From Gammaproteobacteria bacterium (GTDB taxonomy: Bacteria; Pseudomonadota; Gammaproteobacteria; UBA4575), in NCBI GenBank assembly GCA_965222615.1, contig CBDCUI010000008.1, positions 128,001 to 192,000 of the forward strand: a DNA stretch of 64,000 bases. Reading direction: 5' to 3'. A program made the position numbers and the translations under genes. Positions 49,201 through 58,348 of the stretch are shown in pieces. The notes below the pieces were generated by a model, which worked only from the letters and a program-made list of their open reading frames with translations, did no database searches and had not been told where the DNA came from. Within the stretch, counting starts at the first letter, position 1. Every line of letters begins with the position of its first letter.

Positions 49201-50953
49201 TGGGCAGGCCTGTTTCGTTATAGGTGATTTCGATCGGGGTTTGCTGTTGTTGTTGTAATTGGGTGGGGCGTCCATATTCGTCGTAGTGTAATACTCGTAA
49301 AGTGCGTTGATCCGGAGTGGTGAGTTGGGTGAGGCGACGGTGGTCGTCGTATTGGAGTTTGACAATATCTTCTACATTCTCACGGGGTCCATCGATCGCC
49401 ACCAGGTCTTGATCCTGGTAGCGTAGTTGGGTGGTCTTGGTTATCGCAACATAGTCTCCTTCTGTTGTAGGACGATAACCGTTTTCACTGATTTGGACCG
49501 GCTGTTCTTTTTCATTGTAGACATAGGTAATAGTTTTGTTGGCATTTGGTTTAACACTGGGCCGGTGGATAGCCGTTTTTAAATTGGTTTCGCCTAAATA
49601 TTCAAAACGTTCGATCATTTGTTCAGGCGTGTCTTCAGCCTGTTGAGTAAGGCTGCTTAATCTTCCTAAATTGTCGTAGCGATAACGAATAGAGAGATAA
49701 TCTTGAAAGGTAGCTTCGCTGAGCTGATAGTTTTCGTTATATTGATACTGCACCCCAGTCTTGGGACAGCTGCTACAAGCAATCCCTTCACCTCGTAGGA
49801 GTAAGGCTTGCGCCTGTAGCGCATCGCGCCGCCAAGTATAAGTCGCTTGTTGCCCCAAACTGTTGGTAACCAGGGTGCGCCCAAGTTCGTTTGCATGCAG
49901 GGGCAATTGGTAGTCTAGGGTCACTCGCCCTACTTGTGCGGCTTGTTCAGATAAGTTGGCGCGCCCCTCTTGATCATACCCCCAGGTCACTGTTCTTGTG
50001 TTTTTTTCATTGGTGATGCCCGTGAGGGCATGCGGATGATTTACATCTTCGTAGTGATAGCTGCGAGTGGTTTGATTGGGATAGGTGACTTGTCGTAGGT
50101 TGCCGGCTTGATCGTAGTGGTAGTGGATGGTTTCGCCAGTGGGAATCGTGATGCGACGAAGTTTGCCGTGTAGCCTGTCGGTTACGTTTATACCGTTGGT
50201 TTGCTGCGCATCTTTTTTGTCATAGTACTGCAGCTGGATGCGGCGTTCGGCATCATCGCGGACTTGTGTGAGCCAGCCTCGGGTATTGCGATACATCGTT
50301 AAGGTGATATTGCGGGTTTGGTGATGGATGCGGGTCAGTTGGCCGTCTAAATTAAAATAGAGTGCACGACCATCACGTAGATACCAGCGATAGTGGTGGT
50401 CGTTTTGATAGATTGTCCCATCGGTGGGATTTACGGCTTGGTATTTACTTTCATTGGTTTCGGGGTTGGATTTGCGTGTAAATACGATGCGTCGCCCGTC
50501 GCTTTGTACGATCTGGAGTTGTTGTTCACTGAGTTGACCGATGCGGGTGTCGTAGCTCATGCTCCAACCCGGGCCTAAGCCGAAGTCGTTGTCGGTGTTG
50601 GCACTGTTGTAATGGCGCATGAATACTAGCTTGGTCGCAGTAGTTCCCATATAGGGTTGATGATCGATTTCGCGTTGGTATTTGTTGCCGGTGATGAGAT
50701 GGATGGGATTACCACCCCCTACGTTAGGCGTTCCCGTCTGGGCAGTGCTGCCGGGATCAGCTGCGCCTTCACATGGATTCGGCTCCCCACCGTCTGCCCC
50801 ACAGCCGCCTACTACGGCACTGTGAACAGATGAACTCAGTGCTCCACTTACACTGAGAACAAATAATATGGCTGCCCATTGCGCCAGTCGTAACAGCGGT
50901 TTGCGCCTATGCGTGGTAAGGGGATTGGTTAGTCTTTGCTTCGCATTGTACAT
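46244..50953 (-). CDS. Rhs/YD-repeat polymorphic toxin with DUF6531 and an ART-like C-terminal domain
   Basis: GNPIHLITGNK and R.YNS...FG.GW (DUF6531), many YD repeats, LRFPGQYFD.ES..HYNYLRDYDPQTGRYLTSDPIGL...DPLGL core end at about 47213. Confidence 0.93.
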   Translation of the reverse strand: MYNAKQRLTNPLTTHRRKPLLRLAQWAAILFVLSVSGALSSSVHSAVVGGCGADGGEPNPCEGAADPGSTAQTGTPNVGGGNPIHLITGNKYQREIDHQPYMGTTATKLVFMRHYNSANTDNDFGLGPGWSMSYDTRIGQLSEQQLQIVQSDGRRIVFTRKSNPETNESKYQAVNPTDGTIYQNDHHYRWYLRDGRALYFNLDGQLTRIHHQTRNITLTMYRNTRGWLTQVRDDAERRIQLQYYDKKDAQQTNGINVTDRLHGKLRRITIPTGETIHYHYDQAGNLRQVTYPNQTTRSYHYEDVNHPHALTGITNEKNTRTVTWGYDQEGRANLSEQAAQVGRVTLDYQLPLHANELGRTLVTNSLGQQATYTWRRDALQAQALLLRGEGIACSSCPKTGVQYQYNENYQLSEATFQDYLSIRYRYDNLGRLSSLTQQAEDTPEQMIERFEYLGETNLKTAIHRPSVKPNANKTITYVYNEKEQPVQISENGYRPTTEGDYVAITKTTQLRYQDQDLVAIDGPRENVEDIVKLQYDDHRRLTQLTTPDQRTLRVLHYDEYGRPTQLQQQQQTPIEITYNETGLPKHIRQGLNSVDYRYDATGSLTQIETSDGKKIEVTYDAAGRAQQLTDGEGRQLNLELDTEGKHIHRTLSTQGQQWQTLSYLYDAQNRLQSIQDQQGNQLAEYGYDDNDRITSITDRNQNQTQLDYGPFGQLLAVTQPGNVTTRYHYNQQSQQLTGLTDARNNKTEYLQDDFGNVVQQTSADTGTTNYQYDAAGNLIQKTDAAGNLTKNHYDAANRLVQRQTEEGPNIHKTTLSYDSNSGRLAVIKTNATTETFAYNEAGNLIAHTREIDDHSFITKYAYNERQQLIKKYLPDGQTLRYHYHQKGENKNKLRAITRGNLIGRTTIIGELNSSDTPTHKHVVHGNGIVTDYTYALDGKLLAIENTQVPSFNYTYDERGNITGINQDSYQYNVLGQLTYAHVRNHEYWYEYDAIGNRIQKIKNDETTTYTYRSEGQGNALTTVTNESENTEQHYQYNPAGSPEAVTSSNQKLDEKRYVYNSQQRPVQYYENNQLKAEYTYNTFGERIKKVVYSQNQKQVTYYLYDGHTLTAEANAQGSITAQYIYYKEHQPIAKLEKKTIYAIHSDHLGTPRSVTDKHKNIIWQASYSPFGEAEITQPTYHRSFVLNLRFPGQYFDQESSQHYNYLRDYDPQTGRYLTSDPIGLKGGLNTFAYVDGNPLSGMDPLGLQTVAGDVGFNTTTGPFGFPKKPTARDYVLSLTPGGLIFVNEHSREAAFEFGKALGEDIIGLGQLILDGAVLTADTSILGQATDIIFGNDVPWWLPSNRRGQQTLDDLRALLELLREDPWLVWEALKGPYVELLDDCEYARVFGRGTYDSLSLVIGLGWLAKLGKAGKLSQILARVKAKKTAGGIVAAKTTKLGAETFYRAMSRADYEEFLRTGKIPATSETFISPTQAYSEKFRGVLVKFNVKAGTKDQLKSVGVSDGSKLVKQQEGNLPKVTKGWADENKAYFKTETRKSDNQQQVNIGLGKGKALDIFNKNIESHEVIQN

Positions 50954-51645
50954 CCCAACTTCTCATTATTTCGTAGGCAGTGGTATTTGCTTGCCAACGA
51001 TTTTTTATTTTTGGTCCCGCGCCAACCCGAGGATTTGTCAAAAAGATTTAATTTGACCTTGTTTATGCAGCGCTTTGTGTAAGGGTAAGTATAGGTTTTT
51101 ACGGACTTTACGTCAGCTTGTTTGTAAAGTTAGTTTCTTTATGAATAAGGTGAGCTATAAATTTGTTTTGCTGTAAGTTTTCTATTAATAACCTTTTTCT
51201 TTGCATGTTTTTATTGTTTATTTTTTTCTATAAATATAGATTTGGAACATTCGATCCCGTTTTTGACTATAAATAAGATCGTACATTCATGATTGCTTTG
51301 GTTACTTTATTGTAGTGTATGGTTAACAATTGAATTCAGTTATTTTCCAGTGTTTGTTTCTCTATCGACATCTCAGTTCCTAATCACATGAGATTTTTCC
51401 TTTTTAGAAATAGTCTATTGGTCCTATTAGATGGTGCAGTTGTCGCGCTTTACATTTCTTTCAACTAACTTTCATAATATTTTAGCTTGTCGCTATTAAG
51501 GTGCAGTTGTTGGTTGGATAGCTAACTCATAAAAACTCTTTGCATGCTTAATTATTAGACACGAGTGCACTTTAGTTGCACAGCCTTTTGTTCGATCAAG
51601 TGGAGTTGAAAAAGTAAGTGCTTGAAAACTAACAAAACAGAAAAT

Positions 51646-51661
51646 TGGCATAACATTTGCT
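51646..51661 (+). promoter_or_regulatory. Candidate sigma-54 (-24/-12) promoter
   Basis: TGGCATAACATTTGCT fits TGGCAY-N5-TTGCW with correct GG/GC spacing. Confidence 0.6.
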
Positions 51662-51837
51662 GTTTTATATATAAAGAATATTGAGGGCACTTACATAGAC
51701 TAGAGATCAAAAAATACTGAATTTTTGTAATAAAAAATTAATATTTTATTGGAACAAAATGTGGTTGGTCCCATCTAACCCTGGTCGTTGGGCAAACGAC
51801 ATGAATGACCCATAACTATTAACTAGAGGATATAACG

Positions 51838-51945
51838 ATGAGTGATGTAGAGAACGCATTTTTTTACAACATACTGGTGCCAGATTTTTTGCTATTTACA
51901 GTAGCCTTGAGCGCTGTATTTGGTTTATTACTGGCTCTTTTTTGA
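51838..51945 (+). CDS. Small single-TM membrane protein (35 aa), absent from ORF track
   Basis: AGAGGA SD; MSDVENAFFYNILVPDFLLFTVALSAVFGLLLALF*; own terminator. Confidence 0.65.
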   Translation: MSDVENAFFYNILVPDFLLFTVALSAVFGLLLALF

Positions 51946-51983
51946 TACGTAGAACTCCTCCATTCCCTTTCTACGTGACATGG

Positions 51984-52011
51984 GCCCTGCCTTTATGGTG
52001 GGGCTTTTTTT
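51984..52011 (+). terminator. Intrinsic terminator
   Basis: GCCCTGCC-TTTAT-GGTGGGGC followed by T7. Confidence 0.7.
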
Positions 52012-52102
52012 GAGGTTAGACTTTTTAAATGCAGCTATTGCATTGATGCCTCGTTATGGGAATTTCTTAATCGCTTATTTGTGTATCGTAAGCGGTGTTT
52101 AC

Positions 52103-53755
52103 TTAATTATAGTCTTCATATAATGATTCTAAGAAAAGTACCAGGGGACTAATATCTTTTGGTTTAATATTAATCTTGGCAATTTCATCATCAGCATTTC
52201 TTATCATGCCTTGGCGCGTGTTTACAGAGACAGCTAAATAAAAGCCTATGACGGCACGTAGATCACTGATTTGACCGTTATGCATATAGGGTGCTGAATG
52301 GCCAAGATCGCGTAGACTGGGAGTTTTAAATGTTGCGATACTACGTTGCAGAGCATGGTCATCGGAGTTGCAAGCTTCGGTGTTAGTGCCACAAATTAGG
52401 TTTTTAATGGATTCCTGTGAACTTGGATAGTCTTTATTGTAAAAAACATTCCACACGCCTAAATCCACTGCTAAAGGATTAGTTTCAGATGGGATTTGTC
52501 TAAATATTTCTTTTCGGTTGGGGTGTTTTTGAGTAGCAGGTAAATAGAGATCAGCTTTTTTGTTGCGTTGTGTAATGTTTGGAATTTTTAATTTATTAAA
52601 AGCGTACTGTCCATGGATAGTGTCGTATTCCACTTGAGTAATCCCGGTGTTGTGCAGACCAAAATCGGTAAAATGCGGGGCCGCATGACATGCAATACAG
52701 TTGCCAATGGAAACATCTTCGTTTTCGCTTTGATTGAAGAAAATTCGCATTCCTTGTAGTTGTTGCATACCAAACTCATAGGCTCGGTCATGAAATTCAA
52801 AGCCACCATGTTCGGTGTTTGGGTTTTTGCTTACAAACTGAAGTTTGTTGTTTTTTTCTAGTCTGTCAATAAAGGTTAGTAACTTTTTACTATACTCTAA
52901 TGGTGTTTCGTTTTTATCGGGTGCGGTTGGCAAATGGTTTGCTTTTAAGAACGAATCATAGGGAGAAAGAATTGACTCGTCTTGTGCAAACATCAGATCT
53001 TCTGTGTAAATTGAAATTAAGTTTGTTACGGCTTCGAATACTTCGTTACAAGAAGTCTTTTGTATGTCTACACGTAATGATTCAGGGATTAAATAATCAT
53101 CGACAACATTTTCGCCTAAAAAGACTTTTGTATAAGATAATTCACCAAATTCTTGCGCCAAAGAATTATTACCATCATCTTCACGTACTACTTTGCAAAT
53201 ATGCTCAATCGCAATGGGTTTTTCGCCAGGCAGCCAACCAAGGTTTCGACCGGTTAATGTTCCACCTACTAATTGACGTAATGAAGAAAATTCTGCATCG
53301 AAATGCAATAGAAAATTTTCTCTGGGTAATGAGGCATCCACTAAAGCGGGAGCATTGCGTACAGTAGTATTTTGCCCATCATCACGGGTGGGTATAGGAC
53401 TGCGGGATGCAAAATCGGCATACGAACGCATGCCAAGCTCTTTTTGTTCGAGGTGTTCATCGACAAGATGACAAGCACGACAATTATAGCTTTGGCCAGC
53501 ATAAGGTCCATCGGCAAATGGAATTTGATAGGGGGCTTGTTCAAAAAAACGCACGGTCTTCTCCAAAGCGGGGTCACCGTTTTTTAATGGGGCATTGATT
53601 TCACCGCCACTATCTAAATGAGCTTTGAAGTATTGAGCGAAGCGTGTTTCCAGAAATAGGCGTTCACCCAACATTATTTCCGCAGGATCCAGCTCTTCTG
53701 CCTGTAAAATAGCAGTCATTAGGCAAAAGAGAGCAATGGTAAAGGAGTATCTCAT
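52103..53755 (-). CDS. Exported di-heme cytochrome c peroxidase/MauG superfamily protein
   Basis: LGERLF.E.R, CRACH, RNAPAL, G..IF...NCIACH..P.FTD, FKTPSLRDL..SAPYMHNG; signal peptide. Confidence 0.88.
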   Translation of the reverse strand: MRYSFTIALFCLMTAILQAEELDPAEIMLGERLFLETRFAQYFKAHLDSGGEINAPLKNGDPALEKTVRFFEQAPYQIPFADGPYAGQSYNCRACHLVDEHLEQKELGMRSYADFASRSPIPTRDDGQNTTVRNAPALVDASLPRENFLLHFDAEFSSLRQLVGGTLTGRNLGWLPGEKPIAIEHICKVVREDDGNNSLAQEFGELSYTKVFLGENVVDDYLIPESLRVDIQKTSCNEVFEAVTNLISIYTEDLMFAQDESILSPYDSFLKANHLPTAPDKNETPLEYSKKLLTFIDRLEKNNKLQFVSKNPNTEHGGFEFHDRAYEFGMQQLQGMRIFFNQSENEDVSIGNCIACHAAPHFTDFGLHNTGITQVEYDTIHGQYAFNKLKIPNITQRNKKADLYLPATQKHPNRKEIFRQIPSETNPLAVDLGVWNVFYNKDYPSSQESIKNLICGTNTEACNSDDHALQRSIATFKTPSLRDLGHSAPYMHNGQISDLRAVIGFYLAVSVNTRQGMIRNADDEIAKINIKPKDISPLVLFLESLYEDYN

Positions 53756-53767
53756 CTAAGCCTAAAT

Positions 53768-53786
53768 AGTAATGATTATCATTAAT
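53768..53786. promoter_or_regulatory. Fur box
   Basis: AGTAATGATTATCATTAAT against consensus GATAATGATAATCATTATC, 12 bp upstream of the start codon. Confidence 0.7.
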
Positions 53787-54099
53787 ATTTCAAATATTCT
53801 ATTATGAATAGTATGAGTTTTATGTATATAAAACTCCTTACTCCGCATTATTGTGGGGTTTTGGTTGGGTCTTTCTCAAGATAGATTTTATGCGTTGCTA
53901 AGATGGTACAACTATATTGGTCATCTTGGCCTTATCTTAATTCATTGCTATGGCTTGAATTTTCTCACTGTAACCATGTCGGATTTGTATAATTTCAACT
54001 CTCCCTACTTTGCTAAACCAAAAAATTAATCATTACTGCTCGTCAATTGCACAGAGGTGTTATTTTCACATTATTTGCCTAACTAACTATGGCAGCAGT

Positions 54100-54450
54100 T
54101 TACAATTCACCCTCAGCACGTTGACCACAATAAAAACCAAGTCCAGATGACTTAGAAGAAAATATCGTTTTGGTTCCTTTTGAGAAAAATAATACGTCTC
54201 CTGGAGATACGTTTACAGTTTCACCACCAACCTCTTCGACGGTCATTTCACCTTCAACGATTATTTTGCATTCATCATAGCTGTAGGTGTATTCGAGAGG
54301 ATTGCCTGCTTCCATTCTAAAAAAACCAAAACTTATCGGTGCGTCAGCATCATTAGATGTGCCTACATCTTGTAGATATGCATTTATTCCATCGATGTTT
54401 AATGAGCTAATATCCATTTTTTGTGCATTTTTAAAGTGTTTCATAGCCAT
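54100..54450 (-). CDS. Cupin (EutQ/DUF861-like)
   Basis: YTYSYDECKIIVEGE, PGDVLFF.KG, FYCGQR; GGAGG SD. Confidence 0.82.
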   Translation of the reverse strand: MAMKHFKNAQKMDISSLNIDGINAYLQDVGTSNDADAPISFGFFRMEAGNPLEYTYSYDECKIIVEGEMTVEEVGGETVNVSPGDVLFFSKGTKTIFSSKSSGLGFYCGQRAEGEL

Positions 54451-54712
54451 AGAATTATCCTCCGTAGGAAAAAGGTTTGTGTAGCGAACTACTTATAATT
54501 ATTGTGTAATCATATCTACTTAATCAGCAATAAGCATGACAATAAACTTCAATTACACAGAATTTTTTTCTTTTACCTTTATATATTGAATAACAGGCAA
54601 ATAAGATATCTGTTGTTTAACAAAAAGAATTAAAACAATACTTTATTAGTGGTTATTATTCGATTTGTATTTGTGCAAATAGTAGTGCGGATTAAAGGCT
54701 TTACAAAATAGG

Positions 54713-54886
54713 CTAATTCTTATTCTTATAAGAATTCCAAAATAAAACATACCCTGCAAATAAAGCTGCAAGTAATGCAATTAAAGATAGTGACTGAGCT
54801 AAGGTAAAAGCAGGGATATTGATGATGATCACTGATAGTAAAATTACCAGAGCTAAAACCATTCTATTTCTTTGCCAGGGTCGCAT
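54713..54886 (-). CDS. Small two-TM membrane protein (57 aa), absent from ORF track
   Basis: MRPWQRNRMVLALVILLSVIIINIPAFTLAQSLSLIALLAALFAGYVLFWNSYKNKN*; starts 11 bp after the rhodanese stop. Confidence 0.6.
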   Translation of the reverse strand: MRPWQRNRMVLALVILLSVIIINIPAFTLAQSLSLIALLAALFAGYVLFWNSYKNKN

Positions 54887-54897
54887 AGAATATTGGA

Positions 54898-55371
54898 TTA
54901 ACCTTGATTAACAGGCGCAATTTGTTCTGGTTTTATTTTAGGGCTTAAAAATTTTTCGGCAGTGTCAGGGTTAATTTCCATTTGATTTCCATCTACAAGT
55001 GTTTGCTCATAATCATTCCAGCCTTTAAGCCCCGTTTTAAGTGATGCCGCCTTGGCGTAACCCATTTGTTTCATGGTGTGTGCTGCTAACACACTTCGAT
55101 TTCCAGAGCGGCAGATAACTACAATTTCGGTTTCCCTTGCTTGTACGAGCTCCGGGATGGTTTCACTGTAACCATAATCACACGCACTTTCTAAGATACC
55201 ACGTGGAACATTGATGGAATTTTTAATATGCATAGACGCAAATTCATTTGGTTCGCGAATATCTAGCAGATAAAGTTTTTTATTATTAGCAAGTTTCTCT
55301 GCAAGATCCCAGGGCATGATCTCATCTACATGTTCTTCATGTTCTGCAACCAAGTCTTTAAATGATTTCAT
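54898..55371 (-). CDS. Single-domain rhodanese sulfurtransferase
   Basis: LLDIREPNEF...HI..SINVPRG.LE, active loop CRSGNRS. Confidence 0.9.
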   Translation of the reverse strand: MKSFKDLVAEHEEHVDEIMPWDLAEKLANNKKLYLLDIREPNEFASMHIKNSINVPRGILESACDYGYSETIPELVQARETEIVVICRSGNRSVLAAHTMKQMGYAKAASLKTGLKGWNDYEQTLVDGNQMEINPDTAEKFLSPKIKPEQIAPVNQG

Positions 55372-55435
55372 AAGCAGTGTAGTGGTTGCGCTTATAGTTT
55401 AAAGCACAAAGCAAGCGATTAAGCTAAGTGTTGCT

Positions 55436-56113
55436 TCACGTATCCGTGTAGGTTTTTTTGGCTCTAAGCCCTTGTTCAACTGCAATCACGGCAGCTTCTA
55501 CACGTGAGTGGATATTGAGTTTCCTCAAAATGGCTTTGACATGTAATTTTACTGTGCCATCTGAAATACCGAGATTTCTTGCAATGACTTTATTGCTTTG
55601 ACCTTCGGCTAGTAGACTTAAAATTTCTCGCTCCCTAGGGGTTAAGTTATCCAATGGACTTGGCTCGGGTTCCAGCGGATCTTCTCCTTTGACAACCTTA
55701 GCCAGTATTTGAGTTAGATTGGGCGCGACTACAGTTTCACCTTTGATGATTTCACGCAGGGCCGCGACGACATTATCCGGTTCCATGTCTTTTAACAGAT
55801 AACCTTTGGCACCATTACGTAAGGCCTCCACTAAGTCGCGTTCATCGCCACTAGTCGTCAGCATTACAACTGGAGCTTCAAATTTAATTTGTTGAAATTG
55901 CTTTAATACTTCCAAACCCGACATTCCAGGCATACGCATATCAAGCAGCACAATATCAGGTCTTAATTCTTGGGCTAAGCGAATACCTTCACGCCCATCA
56001 CCCACCGAGGCAACTACCTCAATGCCATGGCGGCCTAGCAGGCTTTGCAGCCCTTCTCGAAATAGTGTGTGATCATCGATGACCACAATACGCAGTTTCA
56101 TATCAGTCGTCAT
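55436..56113 (-). CDS. NarL-family response regulator
   Basis: IDDH, LLDMRMP, GYLLKD, LuxR HTH LTPREREIL.LLAEGQSNKVIARNLGISDGTVKLHVK. Confidence 0.93.
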   Translation of the reverse strand: MTTDMKLRIVVIDDHTLFREGLQSLLGRHGIEVVASVGDGREGIRLAQELRPDIVLLDMRMPGMSGLEVLKQFQQIKFEAPVVMLTTSGDERDLVEALRNGAKGYLLKDMEPDNVVAALREIIKGETVVAPNLTQILAKVVKGEDPLEPEPSPLDNLTPREREILSLLAEGQSNKVIARNLGISDGTVKLHVKAILRKLNIHSRVEAAVIAVEQGLRAKKTYTDT

Positions 56114-56130
56114 AACGTATATTAGTTTTA

Positions 56131-57534
56131 TCAGGTATCTTGCAGGGCATCCGGCAAATAATCAAACTCCAAGCGGACTTGTACCCCTTCATTTGGTTCA
56201 CCTTCTATGCTTAGTGTACCACCGATACGACTGGCTCGATCATGCATTACGCTGATTCCTACGTGTTCGCCAGCTGTGTTTTGTTTTTGCTGCTCATGAA
56301 TCCCTATGCCGTCATCTTCAATTAATATTGTGTAATGGCCTCTATCATCCCCTCGCATCAGTACCCGTACAGTACTTGCCTCGCTATGTTTACGTGCGTT
56401 GGTAAGGGCCTCTTGAATGATACGTAACACCTGTAACTCGATTTGTGCGGGCAATTTTATGTTTGGCCATTCCTTTTGTAGGTAGACGTGCATCCCATCA
56501 CTGTCATGTTTAAAGCGCTCAACGATTTGTTCGGCAGATTCCGTCAGGTTGTCTTGACCAATGGGTAACCGAAACTGGGCTATTAGGGCGCGTAATTCCG
56601 TATAGGCTTCGTCAATGGAGGATTCAATACGCTCAAGTTCTTGCCAGGTTGCAGCTTCATCACCTTGGTGTATGGTTTCATCCAACACACGCACTTGATA
56701 TTTTACGCTAGCTAAGGTTTGAGCCAGTGAATCGTGTAGTTCATTAGCGATATTAGTTCTCTCACGCATAATGGATAAGGCATTGGCTTCTTCATCTAAA
56801 CGTGACTTTTCTACTGCGATACCAAGGTGTTTACCTATACTTTTAAATAATTCCTGGTAGTCACTGTTAGTATTTAGTTTATTTTGATCTACGTAAAAAT
56901 TATATACGCCTAAAATTTTTCCACGATACTGTAGCGGCACCACTAATATGACTAGTTCTTCGTTATTAAAATAGTTTTTACTAATTTCGTTAGGGCATGG
57001 AATGATCGCTACAGGAATGGCTTGTTGTTCACTAGCACTGGAATCGCTTTCAGGCAAATAGGGATGTTTGTCTTGAAAGGTACTGTCTAACCCAATTTCA
57101 GCAATAAGTGTACAGCTATCCTTCTTGGCTTCTAGATACACTGCAGCAGCCCTGGCATCAACAAATTCTGTCATCGTGTGTAGAAAACGTGACAGTAGAT
57201 CATGTAAGTCACGTGACATATTAATACTGGTGACTACATCATAAAGGGTTTCAAGTGATTTATTTTTGCTCGCGATATGTTTTGTATGCTTTTGTAATTG
57301 AATTTCAGCGTCTCTTGATAAAGATTCCAGCATTTCAGCAACAAAGTTGATATCTTGACTAAGCTCGGACAATTCAGTTTCTATGGGTAATGGCATACGC
57401 GCTGATAATTCACCCGCACGAATTTTTTGCGTCCACGAACGCAAAGCAGATAAGAAATTATTCAAGAGACTGCTTGATACTGTTTGCCACTCATTCTCAG
57501 ATGATGAGAATGATTTGTGTTGGGCCTTACTCAT
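56131..57534 (-). CDS. Cytoplasmic NarX-like histidine kinase (HAMP-like, GAF, HisKA_3, HATPase)
   Basis: ERTNIANELHDSLAQTL, RIIQEALTNARKHS, IEDDGIG, HVGISVM..RA..IGG; no TM sensor region. Confidence 0.9.
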   Translation of the reverse strand: MSKAQHKSFSSSENEWQTVSSSLLNNFLSALRSWTQKIRAGELSARMPLPIETELSELSQDINFVAEMLESLSRDAEIQLQKHTKHIASKNKSLETLYDVVTSINMSRDLHDLLSRFLHTMTEFVDARAAAVYLEAKKDSCTLIAEIGLDSTFQDKHPYLPESDSSASEQQAIPVAIIPCPNEISKNYFNNEELVILVVPLQYRGKILGVYNFYVDQNKLNTNSDYQELFKSIGKHLGIAVEKSRLDEEANALSIMRERTNIANELHDSLAQTLASVKYQVRVLDETIHQGDEAATWQELERIESSIDEAYTELRALIAQFRLPIGQDNLTESAEQIVERFKHDSDGMHVYLQKEWPNIKLPAQIELQVLRIIQEALTNARKHSEASTVRVLMRGDDRGHYTILIEDDGIGIHEQQKQNTAGEHVGISVMHDRASRIGGTLSIEGEPNEGVQVRLEFDYLPDALQDT

Positions 57535-57613
57535 ATGTCTATGTTAGTGCTTGTTATTAGTTTGATGTAAAAATGTAATTATACGCTTTATATAGCTTGT
57601 AAATTCTCACGAA

Positions 57614-58330
57614 TTAGTCCCAAATTTCGCGTAAATGGTAGTTACCACCCAGTAATTTAACTTGTTCAGAAATATGTGCTGCACGCTTGCTTACATACTC
57701 AGAAGGTTTGGAAGCATACATTTTGTGTGGATTAGGAAGCACGGCTGCCAATAAGGCGGCTTCGTGTTGGTTAAGTGTGCTAGTGGTTTTTCCAAAATGC
57801 ACATAAGCTGCATTGTAAGCGCCAAAGATATTTGGCCCAAATTCTGCAACATTGACATAAACTTCTAAAATTCGCCATTTTGGCCACATCGCCTCGATCA
57901 ATATGGCAAAGTAAGCTTCTAAGCCTTTTCTGAGTAAACTTTTGTTTGGCCATAAAAATACATTTTTTGCTACCTGTTGGGTAATGGTGCTGCCGCCTCG
58001 CAGCATTTTATTTTGTTTATTTTTTTCGATGGCAGATTGAATGGCCTTAAAATCAAACCCAAAATGTGTGGGAAATTTTTGGTCTTCAGCTGCAACTACA
58101 GCAATTAATAAGTGTGGAGAGATTTCTTCTATATTTACCCAAAATAGCTTTATTGGAATTTGTTTTGAGGATATTGCTTTTGCAAGCATGAAGCTTGTAT
58201 AAGGAGGATTAAACCAACGTAATGAAAGTGTCACTAATATACTTAGGACTATGAACGCGAAGATAACATTTCGAATCCAATAAAATGGTTTAAGCCAAAA
58301 CCTAGTTTTCGTTTTTCGACGTCTGGTCAC
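57614..58330 (-). CDS. mtgA: Monofunctional biosynthetic peptidoglycan transglycosylase
   Basis: AAEDQKF..HFGFD, RGGSTITQQVAKN.FLW, RKGLE, ILEVYVN.AEFG, LAAVLPNP. Confidence 0.95.
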   Translation of the reverse strand: MTRRRKTKTRFWLKPFYWIRNVIFAFIVLSILVTLSLRWFNPPYTSFMLAKAISSKQIPIKLFWVNIEEISPHLLIAVVAAEDQKFPTHFGFDFKAIQSAIEKNKQNKMLRGGSTITQQVAKNVFLWPNKSLLRKGLEAYFAILIEAMWPKWRILEVYVNVAEFGPNIFGAYNAAYVHFGKTTSTLNQHEAALLAAVLPNPHKMYASKPSEYVSKRAAHISEQVKLLGGNYHLREIWD

Positions 58331-58348
58331 GATTAAAGCATAAAAGAA

